Positions 9,097 through 17,872 of a stretch of 64,000 nucleotides of DNA are shown here, one piece after another. This stretch comes from an uncultured Acidobacteriaceae bacterium (GTDB lineage Bacteria > Acidobacteriota > Terriglobia > Bryobacterales > Bryobacteraceae): contig CAVPKW010000006.1 of the NCBI GenBank assembly GCA_963705805.1, forward strand, positions 629,518-693,517, in the 5' to 3' direction. The notes beneath the pieces are model-generated. The model was not told the DNA's origin and did not search any database. It saw only the letters and a list, made by a program, of their open reading frames with translations. Position 1 is the stretch's first letter. Each line of letters starts with the position of its first letter. The position numbers and the translations under genes are program-made.

Positions 9097-10487
9097 GCGT
9101 AGCAGTATGAGTCTGAGGAAGCATCACCGCCCTCCAGACGAACCTGGTGGCCACGCAGTTCACCGAAATCCACGAAAAACTTGGGATCGATCTCCATGCC
9201 GCCTTCCGGTTTGGCGTCGAGCTTCACCATCCAGCTCTTGATGCCTTCCGGATAAAACTGAGCGTCCCACGGAGCATATAGAGAGTTGGTGAAGTAGATG
9301 CGCTCGCCGTCGCGGCTGAGCTCGACCATTTGCGGAGCGCCGTTCAACGGAATCTTGGGCTGCTTGGGATGCGCAGCCTTGCGGACGATTCCACCGAGGT
9401 GGACCGATCCGGTTTTTCGCGGGCGGAAAGGATCGGAGACATCGTATTGCAAGAACTCGCCGGTACCAAAGCAGGAAACGTACAGGAAGCGATCGTCGAG
9501 AGAAAGATTAATGTCTGTGATCAGCGGCGGAACGGCCTTGAAGCCTTGCAGGAGCGGCGGTAAGGCGGCGGGATCGGCAGGTTCGGCGGGAATATCGATC
9601 ACTTTCTTGATTCCCCATTTGCCGTTGTCGCGATGCCAGACCCAGATCGACGCCGAGAGATCTTTCAGCGAGACCACCACTCCGAGAAAACCGTATGCAC
9701 GGGTGGGGTCGTGGGCCGGCCGCAGTTCGAGCGCCATCTGATACTCGGAGCCTAAATCGATTTCCTGCTGATGACGCCTCTTGAGCAGATCCCAGACGTG
9801 CAGCTTGTGTCCGTAGCCGCCACTCAGCAGAATTTCCGGATTCACCCCGTTCTTCACCATGCTGGGCGTTCCCCATTCGCTGGTGATGATGGTGTCGAAT
9901 CCCAAGTGCCACCAGAAGTCATAAGCAAGTCTCTGAGGGCCGCGATCCAGCTCCCACTTCCCGAGGACATCGAAGCTCTCTTGATCCATCACGAAAATTC
10001 CGCCGGGACCGCCGCCGTCAGGAGCTCCCAGCGCGCTGACAAAGATTCCGTCGGGACCGCAATGAATCGTGTGCGGGGATGCGTATCCCGTCCGCGCGGC
10101 CAACGTCTCCGGCTCAATCACCTTCACGATTTGCGGTTTGCGCGGATCAGGCTTGGTGTCGATGATATGTATGCGCGACGAATTGATGCCCGGCACGACC
10201 AGGTAGCGGCGTTCGACATGGGGATGTGGAGCGTGCGGACATAGGCAGGCGCTGCATGCGTTCCAGCCGAAATGATGCAACTCGTCGCCGGCATTCGGCA
10301 TGTCCACCTGCCCGACGATATTGCCGTAGCCCGAGGATGCGGGATCGACGTTCACAACGCCTAATGCGTCGTGACGGCCGTTGTCCTTTCCGTTGAGCAT
10401 AGCGACGAACGCCAGCTTTTCCTTGGGCGCTTGCATGGCCATCTTGGGTGAAGGGTAGAAGGTGGGATCGGGGCGCCACATCGACAT
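9093..10487 (-). CDS. selenium-binding protein 56 family (methanethiol oxidase-like)
   Basis: 464 aa. The N-terminal DPTFYPSPKMAMQAPKEKLAFVA and overall length and collinearity are typical of SBP56/SELENBP1. No signal peptide is visible. Confidence 0.85.
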   Translation of the reverse strand: MSMWRPDPTFYPSPKMAMQAPKEKLAFVAMLNGKDNGRHDALGVVNVDPASSGYGNIVGQVDMPNAGDELHHFGWNACSACLCPHAPHPHVERRYLVVPGINSSRIHIIDTKPDPRKPQIVKVIEPETLAARTGYASPHTIHCGPDGIFVSALGAPDGGGPGGIFVMDQESFDVLGKWELDRGPQRLAYDFWWHLGFDTIITSEWGTPSMVKNGVNPEILLSGGYGHKLHVWDLLKRRHQQEIDLGSEYQMALELRPAHDPTRAYGFLGVVVSLKDLSASIWVWHRDNGKWGIKKVIDIPAEPADPAALPPLLQGFKAVPPLITDINLSLDDRFLYVSCFGTGEFLQYDVSDPFRPRKTGSVHLGGIVRKAAHPKQPKIPLNGAPQMVELSRDGERIYFTNSLYAPWDAQFYPEGIKSWMVKLDAKPEGGMEIDPKFFVDFGELRGHQVRLEGGDASSDSYCYA

Positions 10488-10505
10488 TTGAAGCCTCCTT
10501 AAAAT

Positions 10506-10668
10506 TCAAACGGAAACAGTGACTCGCAAGAAGGTGGCAGGGATGGAAGTGCCACCGTTCGTGCCCTGGTTCTGCGCGATCGACTTTACGACTGCTTCTC
10601 CAGATTCGTGCATAAACGCGGCAATCTCGTGAAATCGCCTTTCTCCCACAGTGCCTTGTTCGGATTCA
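10506..10668 (-). pseudogene. possible remnant of a class I SAM-methyltransferase N-terminus (frameshifted and truncated)
   Basis: MNPNKALWEKGDFT (ATG at 10668) continues in another frame as EIAAFMHESGEAVVKS, then ends after ~50 residues. The resemblance to the methyltransferase N-terminal WEKGDFT..IA..MRESGE pattern is from memory. Confidence 0.3.
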
Positions 10669-10903
10669 TGATGAGTCCCCCTCCAGGGGCACGCTGTGCC
10701 GACCAATTATATCCCACTTACGTTCGCTTTTTGAGGGAGCGTTCTGCCCGAGTGACGGCGCATCCGGATGCGATTTGCCGCGCCCACTTGTTTTTGGCCC
10801 AGCCAAGAATCAAGCCGCTGCGTGAAAACACCCGGTAACGCCAGGCGTTGGTGGGCTGGCGCAGCGCGGCGTAGCGATGTGCTTTGGAATCAATCTGGAA
10901 TGA

Positions 10904-11194
10904 ATGGCGCCTTGCGTGTTTCGCGGATTGCCAATGAATACTTCCGCACCAGGCCGAATCCGTCAGATGAAATTGAACTACCGCGTGAAGGTGCCGCTGA
11001 GTGCCCGCACGAAGTTCGATGCCCCAGCAAGCTTCAGGATTCCCAGAGGCTCCCTGATTAAATGGCTTCCTCGTCCCAGTAATGGTCTAGGTTTTACAAA
11101 TGTTCGATGGCTTCAGGACGATTACATCGTAAGCGATGCTGAACTAAACCAAAACTGCGAGCGCGCCCTCGATCAAGAAGCGGTTAGCACCTGA
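10904..11194 (+). CDS. hypothetical protein (weak)
   Basis: 96-aa ORF in a lower-GC stretch with no recognisable motif. An internal ATG (MKLNYRV...) is an alternative start. Confidence 0.25.
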   Translation: MAPCVFRGLPMNTSAPGRIRQMKLNYRVKVPLSARTKFDAPASFRIPRGSLIKWLPRPSNGLGFTNVRWLQDDYIVSDAELNQNCERALDQEAVST

Positions 11195-11343
11195 ATGACG
11201 GCGCATACGGAAAGTATCCAGTTGGTATCACGCGCAAGGCGGAAAATAGACGGTTGCGCGGATGGCGTCGGATACCTGGTGATAAATCCCCTTCGCAGCA
11301 GGTATTCGTCCGTGGTGCAAAGGGCTGTTACGGCCAACAATCC

Positions 11344-11377
11344 GGCGGGGGGCTGATATGACGATCAGCCCTCCGCC
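11344..11377. other. GC-rich 14-bp hairpin between convergent genes (possible terminator without a U-tract)
   Basis: GGCGGGGGGCTGAT / ATGACG loop / ATCAGCCCTCCGCC. There is one G-U position and no flanking T-run on either strand. Confidence 0.35.
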
Positions 11378-11437
11378 ACGCACGAAAAAGCGAGTCGAAA
11401 GCGTTTGGCCTTAGGCTGGCCACTCTATTGGAAGGCA

Positions 11438-14400
11438 CTACCGCTTCCAATGCAGAACATCTAGTTGTCCGCTGGTATTGCGATAAATCACGTAACAGAT
11501 CTTGTCCATCGCCGAATAATAAGCAAAAGGGTCTCCCACCGGGAGTGGCGCACCGGCTAATTGAGTCAAGTCGTTGTGTGTGACAATACCTGTCCCCGCC
11601 CAAATCAGTTCGTGCAAATGCGAGTCGGCGCCGACATAAACCACGTGCTCCGTTCCGTCGCTAGGCACATAAAACGCCGCCGGCTTGCTCAACTCCTGCA
11701 CTGCCGTCGCAGCCTTCACCCACGAATTGACAGGCTCAGGCACATTCGGAATCACTAAAGCTCTTTCCGTCGGAGCCACCGATCCTTGCCAATAAAGCCG
11801 CTGCGAGTATCCGTTCGTGGCCTCGAAAATCACGTGATTCTCACCGTCAGCCGCGAAATAAGCCGTTGGATCTCCGGCCGCCAAGCCTCCACCCGGCGTG
11901 AGATCTCCCTGCCCCTTAGCGCCCGATCCAATCCACCAAATCTCATGTAAGTGCTTATCCGCACTGCGATAGATCACATGTTGCGACTGATCAGCCAGGA
12001 TAAAGTAACCCGAAGGATCTCCCGCTGCGTTCGGCCCATTCGGCGTGAGGTCGCCAACTGCGGCCGCGCTTGATCCCGTCCACCAGATCTCATGCAAATG
12101 CGCGTCAATACCCCGGTAAATCACATGCTGTGTATGATCGGCCAATTGATACGCCGTTAAATCCCCCACTGCGTTCGGACCCTCCGGTGTGATATCGCCT
12201 TGGCCTACTGCCCCGGAACCAGTCCACCATAGCTGATGCACATGCCCATCGCCTCCCACGTAATCCACGTTCTGCGTATTGTCGTCTGGGTTATAGTAAG
12301 CCACCGGATTGCCCGACGCAATCGGGCCATGCGGCGTCAAATCACCTTGTCCCACCGAACCGGTAACAGGCCACCAGATCTCATGAACGTGAGCGTCCTT
12401 CCCGCAATAAATAACATGCCGTATTCCGTCGGGCGTTGTGTAACCGGCTGGATTACTAAATGCCTCTGTTCCACTCGGATTGAGCACCATGAGGCTGACC
12501 TGCTGCGGCGGATCAAAAAACGCCTTTTGCACCGTGCAGAACTTATTCGAAAGGAAATTAGCGTCGCAGGTCCCAGACGCCGGAGGCGTCTCCGTAACAT
12601 AAACCTGCGCGCCGTAAACCTTGTTCGGCAGATTGATCGCAATCCGCGCCAGGTCATAATCAAATCGCGAGGTTGGCTCGCCAAATTCACTGTGCCCAGC
12701 GAAATAGATCCCCAGGTGCAGTTTGCGCCCGCTGGCCATTAGCGCCCGCATATCGTCAATCTCACCCACCACATTCTCCGCACCCGGCTCCGCACAGTTC
12801 CCCGCCAAACACCCCGCGCCTCGCTGGCTGGTCGGCCACGGACAACCCGAGCGCGCGCAGAGCCCGATCCCCTGCTTCTCATTCTTGAAATAAAACAGCA
12901 TGGAATCCAAAGTCAGGCCAAAGTCTGCCCAGTTCTTTTGTGTGTAGCTGGTCAATGGATAGTAAACCGTCGGCACAAAGCTCAACCATGGTGCTTGCGA
13001 CCGCATCGCCGCTTCCATTTCCGCGATATAGTCGGATGTAAAAGGAATGGTCGGCACCTTTGACGGATCCGGATAGGGAAGGTTCAGCGAGAAATCTTCC
13101 ACACCGGCTGCTACTAACTGCGGAAAGTCTTGCGCCAAACGTCCCAAAACTTGCGCCCAGGCAATCATATTCTCGCAAGCTCCCACAATCTCCGCTGAGC
13201 TAGGATTGGCCGGCAAATTGAAATAACCCAGCGCGTTCCAAGAAGTCAACGGCGGAGTTGTCTTGCTTGTGTCTTCCGGTATCGAACAAGTGTCCCCCGG
13301 CCCGTTCAAGGCGGCGGCCCGAGGCGGATTCAAACTCACCCACACGCGCAGCTGCTTGCCATCCACACCCCAATTCCTCGTTGCAGTCAGGAATTGCACC
13401 AGGTTGGTATAGTCGCCCGGATGCTGCAGCAACCAGTTGAACGTGTCCGAGTGGGTCTCTCTCAGCCATTGCTTCAGTTGATCCGTCGAGTATGTCAAAT
13501 ACCCGCTCGGAAGATTTGCGAGCTCATCGTAGGTGATCTTAGCGCCATCAATCGCCGAGTCACGGGAAACACGATGAAACGGATCGCCATAAACAAACAC
13601 GTTCTCCCGATACGTGCCGTTTACAGCGCGGCTCAAAATCAATTCATCGGCGCCCTGATCCCCTCCCAGCCAATCCGACGCCGCCAAACCGGACCATGTA
13701 CCTCCTGGCTCCAGAGTGCTCTCCCTCAGCACTCTGAGTTGTGCAGTGCCCGGCGGAGCATCCAGGATCGTTACATTAGGACTCGCATTCGAGAGCAACA
13801 CAATCGCCTTACGGCCGTCTCCGTTAAAATCTCCAGTCGTCGCCGCCACCCAGTTCGAGTTACCGTTCGCTCCCACTGTCGCTGTCCCAAAGACTGTGAA
13901 CTCGGAGCCATTCCATTTGAACGCAATCACCGTCGGGCTGTGCCCATCAGAGACCTGCCGCACCGCGATCAATTCATCTTTCCCGTCATGGTCGATGTCT
14001 CCCGCCGCCAATGCTTTCCATGTCCCGGACCCGCTCACACTCAGATCCCCGCGTGTCACAATTTGCAGCGCGCCCTGGTTCAGTTCCACTAGAAATAGGT
14101 TCGAATGCTCGGGCTTCAGCATTGCAATGCGCTTCTTCCCCGTGCCGTCAAAATCGCCCACCGCCGCCCCCACCCAATTCGAGTTCACCGCATCGCCGAT
14201 CGTCGCCGACGCCACAACTAACGGCTGAAAGCAGTCTTCACTCAGTTTTCCGACCACAAGGTCTGGAACACTGTTTGAATTGATTTGTCGAACCGCAACA
14301 AACTCATCATGTGCCGCCCCATCTAGGTTGCCCGCCACAATTGCCCGCCATGGGTCAGCCGAATTCGAGTTCAGAGACCCGTAACCTCCCCCAAGCAGAT

Positions 14401-14830
14401 TCAAGTGCGGAGTCGGTCCAAGCAGAGTCGAAAAATTCGCCCCATGATTCTGCACCAGCACAATTTGCTTTTCAGCGCCGGAGCAGAAATTCCCCGCCGC
14501 CGCGCCAACCCAGCCCGTATCGTATGCGCCTGAATATCCGCCTACCTCAAGTAATGCTCCGGTCACCACACTGTCATCTGCGGGCTTTGTGTAGGTCGGA
14601 ATTTCGTAGGGCGGGACGCAACTCCACTGTAAACCTCCGAAAGTCAGGTTGCTCCGGCGAGCTGCCTCAACGCGGGGTGGAGCGTTCGCCAAAGTCTCAC
14701 CACAGATCGAGTTAGAAGGCGCTATGTTGATCGGCCCAGCGTGCAGCTGCTGAGCGTGATTCGGCAGAGTGGCACCTAACCCCAGTATCGCCAAGCCAAT
14801 CGTCAGCTTAATATATCGGTTTACCTGCAT
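11438..14830 (-). CDS. large secreted protein: N-terminal FG-GAP/VCBS-type repeats, central unknown domain, C-terminal 7-bladed lectin-like propeller
   Basis: Signal-like MQVNRYIKLTIGLAILGLGATLPNHAQQ (ATG 14830; the ORF opens at 14875). FG-GAP-like GDFDGTGKKRIAML, GDIDHDGKDELIAV and GDFNGDGRKAIVLL. Seven C-terminal ~48-aa repeats of the form HVIYRG.D.HLHEIWW.G.G..GQGDLTP.GP.A.GDP.AY. Confidence 0.8.
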   Translation of the reverse strand: MQVNRYIKLTIGLAILGLGATLPNHAQQLHAGPINIAPSNSICGETLANAPPRVEAARRSNLTFGGLQWSCVPPYEIPTYTKPADDSVVTGALLEVGGYSGAYDTGWVGAAAGNFCSGAEKQIVLVQNHGANFSTLLGPTPHLNLLGGGYGSLNSNSADPWRAIVAGNLDGAAHDEFVAVRQINSNSVPDLVVGKLSEDCFQPLVVASATIGDAVNSNWVGAAVGDFDGTGKKRIAMLKPEHSNLFLVELNQGALQIVTRGDLSVSGSGTWKALAAGDIDHDGKDELIAVRQVSDGHSPTVIAFKWNGSEFTVFGTATVGANGNSNWVAATTGDFNGDGRKAIVLLSNASPNVTILDAPPGTAQLRVLRESTLEPGGTWSGLAASDWLGGDQGADELILSRAVNGTYRENVFVYGDPFHRVSRDSAIDGAKITYDELANLPSGYLTYSTDQLKQWLRETHSDTFNWLLQHPGDYTNLVQFLTATRNWGVDGKQLRVWVSLNPPRAAALNGPGDTCSIPEDTSKTTPPLTSWNALGYFNLPANPSSAEIVGACENMIAWAQVLGRLAQDFPQLVAAGVEDFSLNLPYPDPSKVPTIPFTSDYIAEMEAAMRSQAPWLSFVPTVYYPLTSYTQKNWADFGLTLDSMLFYFKNEKQGIGLCARSGCPWPTSQRGAGCLAGNCAEPGAENVVGEIDDMRALMASGRKLHLGIYFAGHSEFGEPTSRFDYDLARIAINLPNKVYGAQVYVTETPPASGTCDANFLSNKFCTVQKAFFDPPQQVSLMVLNPSGTEAFSNPAGYTTPDGIRHVIYCGKDAHVHEIWWPVTGSVGQGDLTPHGPIASGNPVAYYNPDDNTQNVDYVGGDGHVHQLWWTGSGAVGQGDITPEGPNAVGDLTAYQLADHTQHVIYRGIDAHLHEIWWTGSSAAAVGDLTPNGPNAAGDPSGYFILADQSQHVIYRSADKHLHEIWWIGSGAKGQGDLTPGGGLAAGDPTAYFAADGENHVIFEATNGYSQRLYWQGSVAPTERALVIPNVPEPVNSWVKAATAVQELSKPAAFYVPSDGTEHVVYVGADSHLHELIWAGTGIVTHNDLTQLAGAPLPVGDPFAYYSAMDKICYVIYRNTSGQLDVLHWKR

Positions 14831-14831
14831 G

Positions 14832-15131
14832 TTAACGTTGATCCGAGCGGCGACCCACAGATTGCTGGGTCCCATTAGCTGATAGTGTCAGATCCTGCCG
14901 CGAACAGATTTCGATCAAGTAGCCACTCCAGATCATCCAAACAATGGCGCTTGCTGTACCCGCTGTCTTTGTACATCTCAACTGAATTTCACTCGTACCC
15001 GCGGCAAGCCCGGTCGTCCCAAGAATTGAGGCGTCCGGGTACTGGCAGGCATCCGAGGACGATTCGTACGACGGCGGTACTCGACGAAGCCGCGGATCCC
15101 TCTGGCATTTCATAGTAGATCGGCCGGGCAT
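14832..15131 (-). CDS. hypothetical small protein immediately upstream of the lectin-like gene (uncertain)
   Basis: 99-aa ORF whose stop (14834-14832) lies 1 nt from the ATG at 14830. The C-terminal half looks beta-strand-like (EIQLRCTKTAGTASAIVWMIWSGYLIEI). A 59-aa ORF from ATG 15168 overlaps it in another frame. Confidence 0.3.
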   Translation of the reverse strand: MPGRSTMKCQRDPRLRRVPPSYESSSDACQYPDASILGTTGLAAGTSEIQLRCTKTAGTASAIVWMIWSGYLIEICSRQDLTLSANGTQQSVGRRSDQR

Positions 15132-15770
15132 TCAGGTTGAAGCTAATCTGCAAATCATTCGCGATCATTCTTTGTTACGAGGTTGTCCCGGCGCTTACTT
15201 TGTTCGAGGAACGGCGTCGAGATCAGTCACGAACGAGTCGAAAAGCAGCGACAGATCCTTTAGGCCAAAGTAGGCCCGATTTGCCGGTATAACCCCGATC
15301 AATGCTGACCCGGCCGAGATCTCAGCCATGTGCGGGAGTGTATCACGGGAAGGCTACTCGAAACAAAACTCGTGCGGGAATTGGGCAAAGTCTCGGAGCC
15401 GTTGCCCGTTTGCTAAGTGATTTCCTCGTGACCGACTTTTAAGACAAAGGATTGCGGCCTCCCATCAGCGTTTAGCAAAGGAGTTATCCCCTGGCGACAT
15501 CGCCGGGGATGACGGGGATTTCGAGTGTGCATCCCACGTCCACCGGTGGGTTCGCAACCGACCGGGCTCCGAATTTTCGGCTTAACCGAAGGTTGGCCGA
15601 ATTTACTAGCGAGAAATCCCCTTCTCACTACCAAACGCCCTCGAAGTCGGCTTCGGGGAGATCAGTCCCGGAAAACGCCCTTCCCTCCCTTATCCGCAAC
15701 GCGCCCTAGCTCCGTTGATTACTGCCTGAAGCAAGCACCTAATCCAAAAGCAAACCGCTATCCTGGGCAT

Positions 15771-16514
15771 TCAACTAAACGCGGCCGGCGCCTCTAAAAC
15801 CGCCCGGTTCCCTCTGCAAACCGCGCAATCACACCTGCCCCGCTCCACCGGCCGCGGACCCGGCAGCGGCGCCGAAGTATTGCATTGCTTCTTCGGACGG
15901 CGCTCTTGAAACAACATCTGCGCCGCAGTCTTCGCTTCTGGCGCAGCCTTCGCATCCGGCTTCGGAACAAACTGCTCCGTCAGCTTGGCATTCTCCGCAA
16001 TCAATTTCTCCAGCTCATCCTTCGCCAATCGCTCGCCCATGCGCGCCTTATACAGCTTTTCGTCCATGAGCATCCTGTCCTTTCGCAGACTCTGCACCGC
16101 ATTCCAGGACCGGTAAAACGCCCGCTCCGCCGTGGTCTTATACCGCTGCATCAACTCGAACGTATGCCGGCGCTCTTCGCTCCAGCCGTGCGGATCGTCC
16201 CCGCACTCCTCCACCGCCGCCTCTTCGGCCTGCAGCACGCGCCGCTCGGCGCGTTTCATCAGCCACTGGTTCAAAATCAGCTGATCCACCAGCGTATTTT
16301 CGGCATGACCCTCCGGCTGATACTCCTCGCGCCATCCCTTTTCGATCTCGTCAAAATCTTCCCGCCGCTCATCCGGCAGAATCAGGCCCGGCCGCGCCCG
16401 CATCCCATGCGTGGTCGCATTCTGGCTCGACTGCGCCTTGCCATCACGCGACTTCGGGCCGCCGCCTTTGCCTTGGCCCACGCCCTGCTTGCCCTTCTTG
16501 CCTTCTCTCGCCAC
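15771..16514 (-). CDS. hypothetical protein with Gly/Lys-rich N-terminus and helical core
   Basis: 247-aa ORF. The coherent helical segment LVDQLILNQWLMKRAERRVLQAEE... matches no family I can name. Confidence 0.5.
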   Translation of the reverse strand: MAREGKKGKQGVGQGKGGGPKSRDGKAQSSQNATTHGMRARPGLILPDERREDFDEIEKGWREEYQPEGHAENTLVDQLILNQWLMKRAERRVLQAEEAAVEECGDDPHGWSEERRHTFELMQRYKTTAERAFYRSWNAVQSLRKDRMLMDEKLYKARMGERLAKDELEKLIAENAKLTEQFVPKPDAKAAPEAKTAAQMLFQERRPKKQCNTSAPLPGPRPVERGRCDCAVCRGNRAVLEAPAAFS

Positions 16515-16846
16515 TCTGCCCGAGTATCCCCGCGCCGCCCCTCCATCCAGCCCAACTGGTCCCCGCTATCTCATTCATTCCAGAAGAAAAGAAATTTCGC
16601 CAAAAATGGAAGCAGAATGGAACGGGTATCTCTGCCGCAGCCGAAAGAAGTTCGTTCGGCAGAATCCGAATCGCCGCCAATCTACCGCTGCGCCACCTCG
16701 AATAGGGCGAACACCGCGGCCGCCAAAGCTGCTATGCTCCTCGGAAGGTAGCGCCGCTGACCGTCACTGTCTAACTTCCTCTCTCTGATTGCTGCTTCAA
16801 CCGGCGGCTGGGTAGATGTGTGTTCTGACCATGAAGAGGAAGAGAT

Positions 16847-17863
16847 ATGAATTTCAAAGAACTTGGGTGGGAGTGCTATTCCCCGGGGCAGGCTCCAGAG
16901 AGCTCGTATGGGCGGGTAGCGCTAGCCGCCCGCGACCGCCTCCTTGTTTGGATAGAAGGAGGCGAGATTGAAGCCAGTGTGAGCGGCCACTTTCGTCACA
17001 TCCATCAGGACTGGCCCTGCGTTGGCGATTGGGTTTGCGTGCGCGAAGGAAATGTCGTTACCGGCATCCTTCCAAGACGCACGAAGCTCTCCCGGAAAGA
17101 GCCTGGCAAGGGGCTTCGAGAGCAGGTTTTGGCCGCCAATATCGACCTCCTGTTTGTTGTCAGCGGCCTGGATCAGGAGTACAATCCGCGCCGTTTGGAG
17201 CGCTACCTGGTGTTGGCTTATGAGAGTGGGGCGCGCCCGATAATTCTATTGAACAAAGCGGACCTGCGGGCGGATGTAGACGACGTTGTTCGGCGCACGG
17301 AAGCCCACGCTCCAGGTGTTCCGATTCTTGCGCTCAGCGCTCTTAAACAATGGGGACTGGAAGCGATTCCCCGTCAAATAGAAGAAGGTCAAACGGCGGC
17401 TCTTATCGGTTCCTCCGGTACAGGGAAATCGACGATCGTAAATCGCCTGCTGGGCGAGGAGCGGCAATCGACAACAGAGGTCCGGGAGGCTGACAGCAAA
17501 GGCCGCCACACCACGACCAGGCGAGAGATGATTCCGATGCCCGGGAAATGGCTCTTGATGGATCTCCCCGGATTGCGGGAACTCCAGGTATGGGCAGACC
17601 CCGAACAAATAGACAGTGCCTTTTCTGAGATTGCCGAGCTGGCTGAGCACTGTAAGTTTCGGGACTGTACTCATCAACAGGAACCCGGCTGCGCGGTTAG
17701 GGGCGCCGGTCTTGACCCTCATCGACTCGAGAGTTACCACAAGCTGAAGCGGGAGGTCGCTTTTCTGGAGAAGCAGACCAATCTCCAACTAGCGCGAGAC
17801 ACGAAGAAGAAGTGGAAGGCCGTTGAGAGAGACATTCGGCGGCATCCCAAACGAGTTTGGTAA
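16847..17863 (+). CDS. rsgA: ribosome small-subunit-dependent GTPase A (RsgA/YjeQ)
   Basis: Circularly permuted GTPase motifs LLNKADL and GSSGTGKSTIVNRLLG, plus the C-terminal zinc motif CKFRDCTHQQEPGCAV. Confidence 0.9.
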   Translation: MNFKELGWECYSPGQAPESSYGRVALAARDRLLVWIEGGEIEASVSGHFRHIHQDWPCVGDWVCVREGNVVTGILPRRTKLSRKEPGKGLREQVLAANIDLLFVVSGLDQEYNPRRLERYLVLAYESGARPIILLNKADLRADVDDVVRRTEAHAPGVPILALSALKQWGLEAIPRQIEEGQTAALIGSSGTGKSTIVNRLLGEERQSTTEVREADSKGRHTTTRREMIPMPGKWLLMDLPGLRELQVWADPEQIDSAFSEIAELAEHCKFRDCTHQQEPGCAVRGAGLDPHRLESYHKLKREVAFLEKQTNLQLARDTKKKWKAVERDIRRHPKRVW

Positions 17864-17872
17864 GGCCGGGCG

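Noticed and set aside
10700-11100. A long Met-less open frame on the minus strand antisense to ORF 10904-11194 (ending ...RYRVFSRSGLILGWAKNKWARQIASGCAVTRAERSLKKRT)
   Set aside because: Composition is Arg/His/Trp-rich and noise-like over most of its length. It has no start codon and no motif I can name. A gene remnant is possible but unsupported.
11441-12470. Periodic repeat signal that might be a CRISPR array or a DNA tandem repeat
   Set aside because: The periodicity is at protein level (~48-aa propeller blades) within one continuous ORF. The DNA copies are diverged and have no repeat-spacer architecture. I saw no CRISPR-like array anywhere in the window.
15505-15900. Calling a functional tmRNA (ssrA) gene from the GGGGATGACGGGGATTTCGAG string
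   Set aside because: There is no alanine-resume tag ORF ending in ...AA-stop. There is no complementary 3' acceptor strand plus CCA, and no proper T-arm within 300-400 nt. The expected 3' region overlaps a plausible minus-strand CDS. It is kept only as an ssrA-like relic or structured-RNA candidate.
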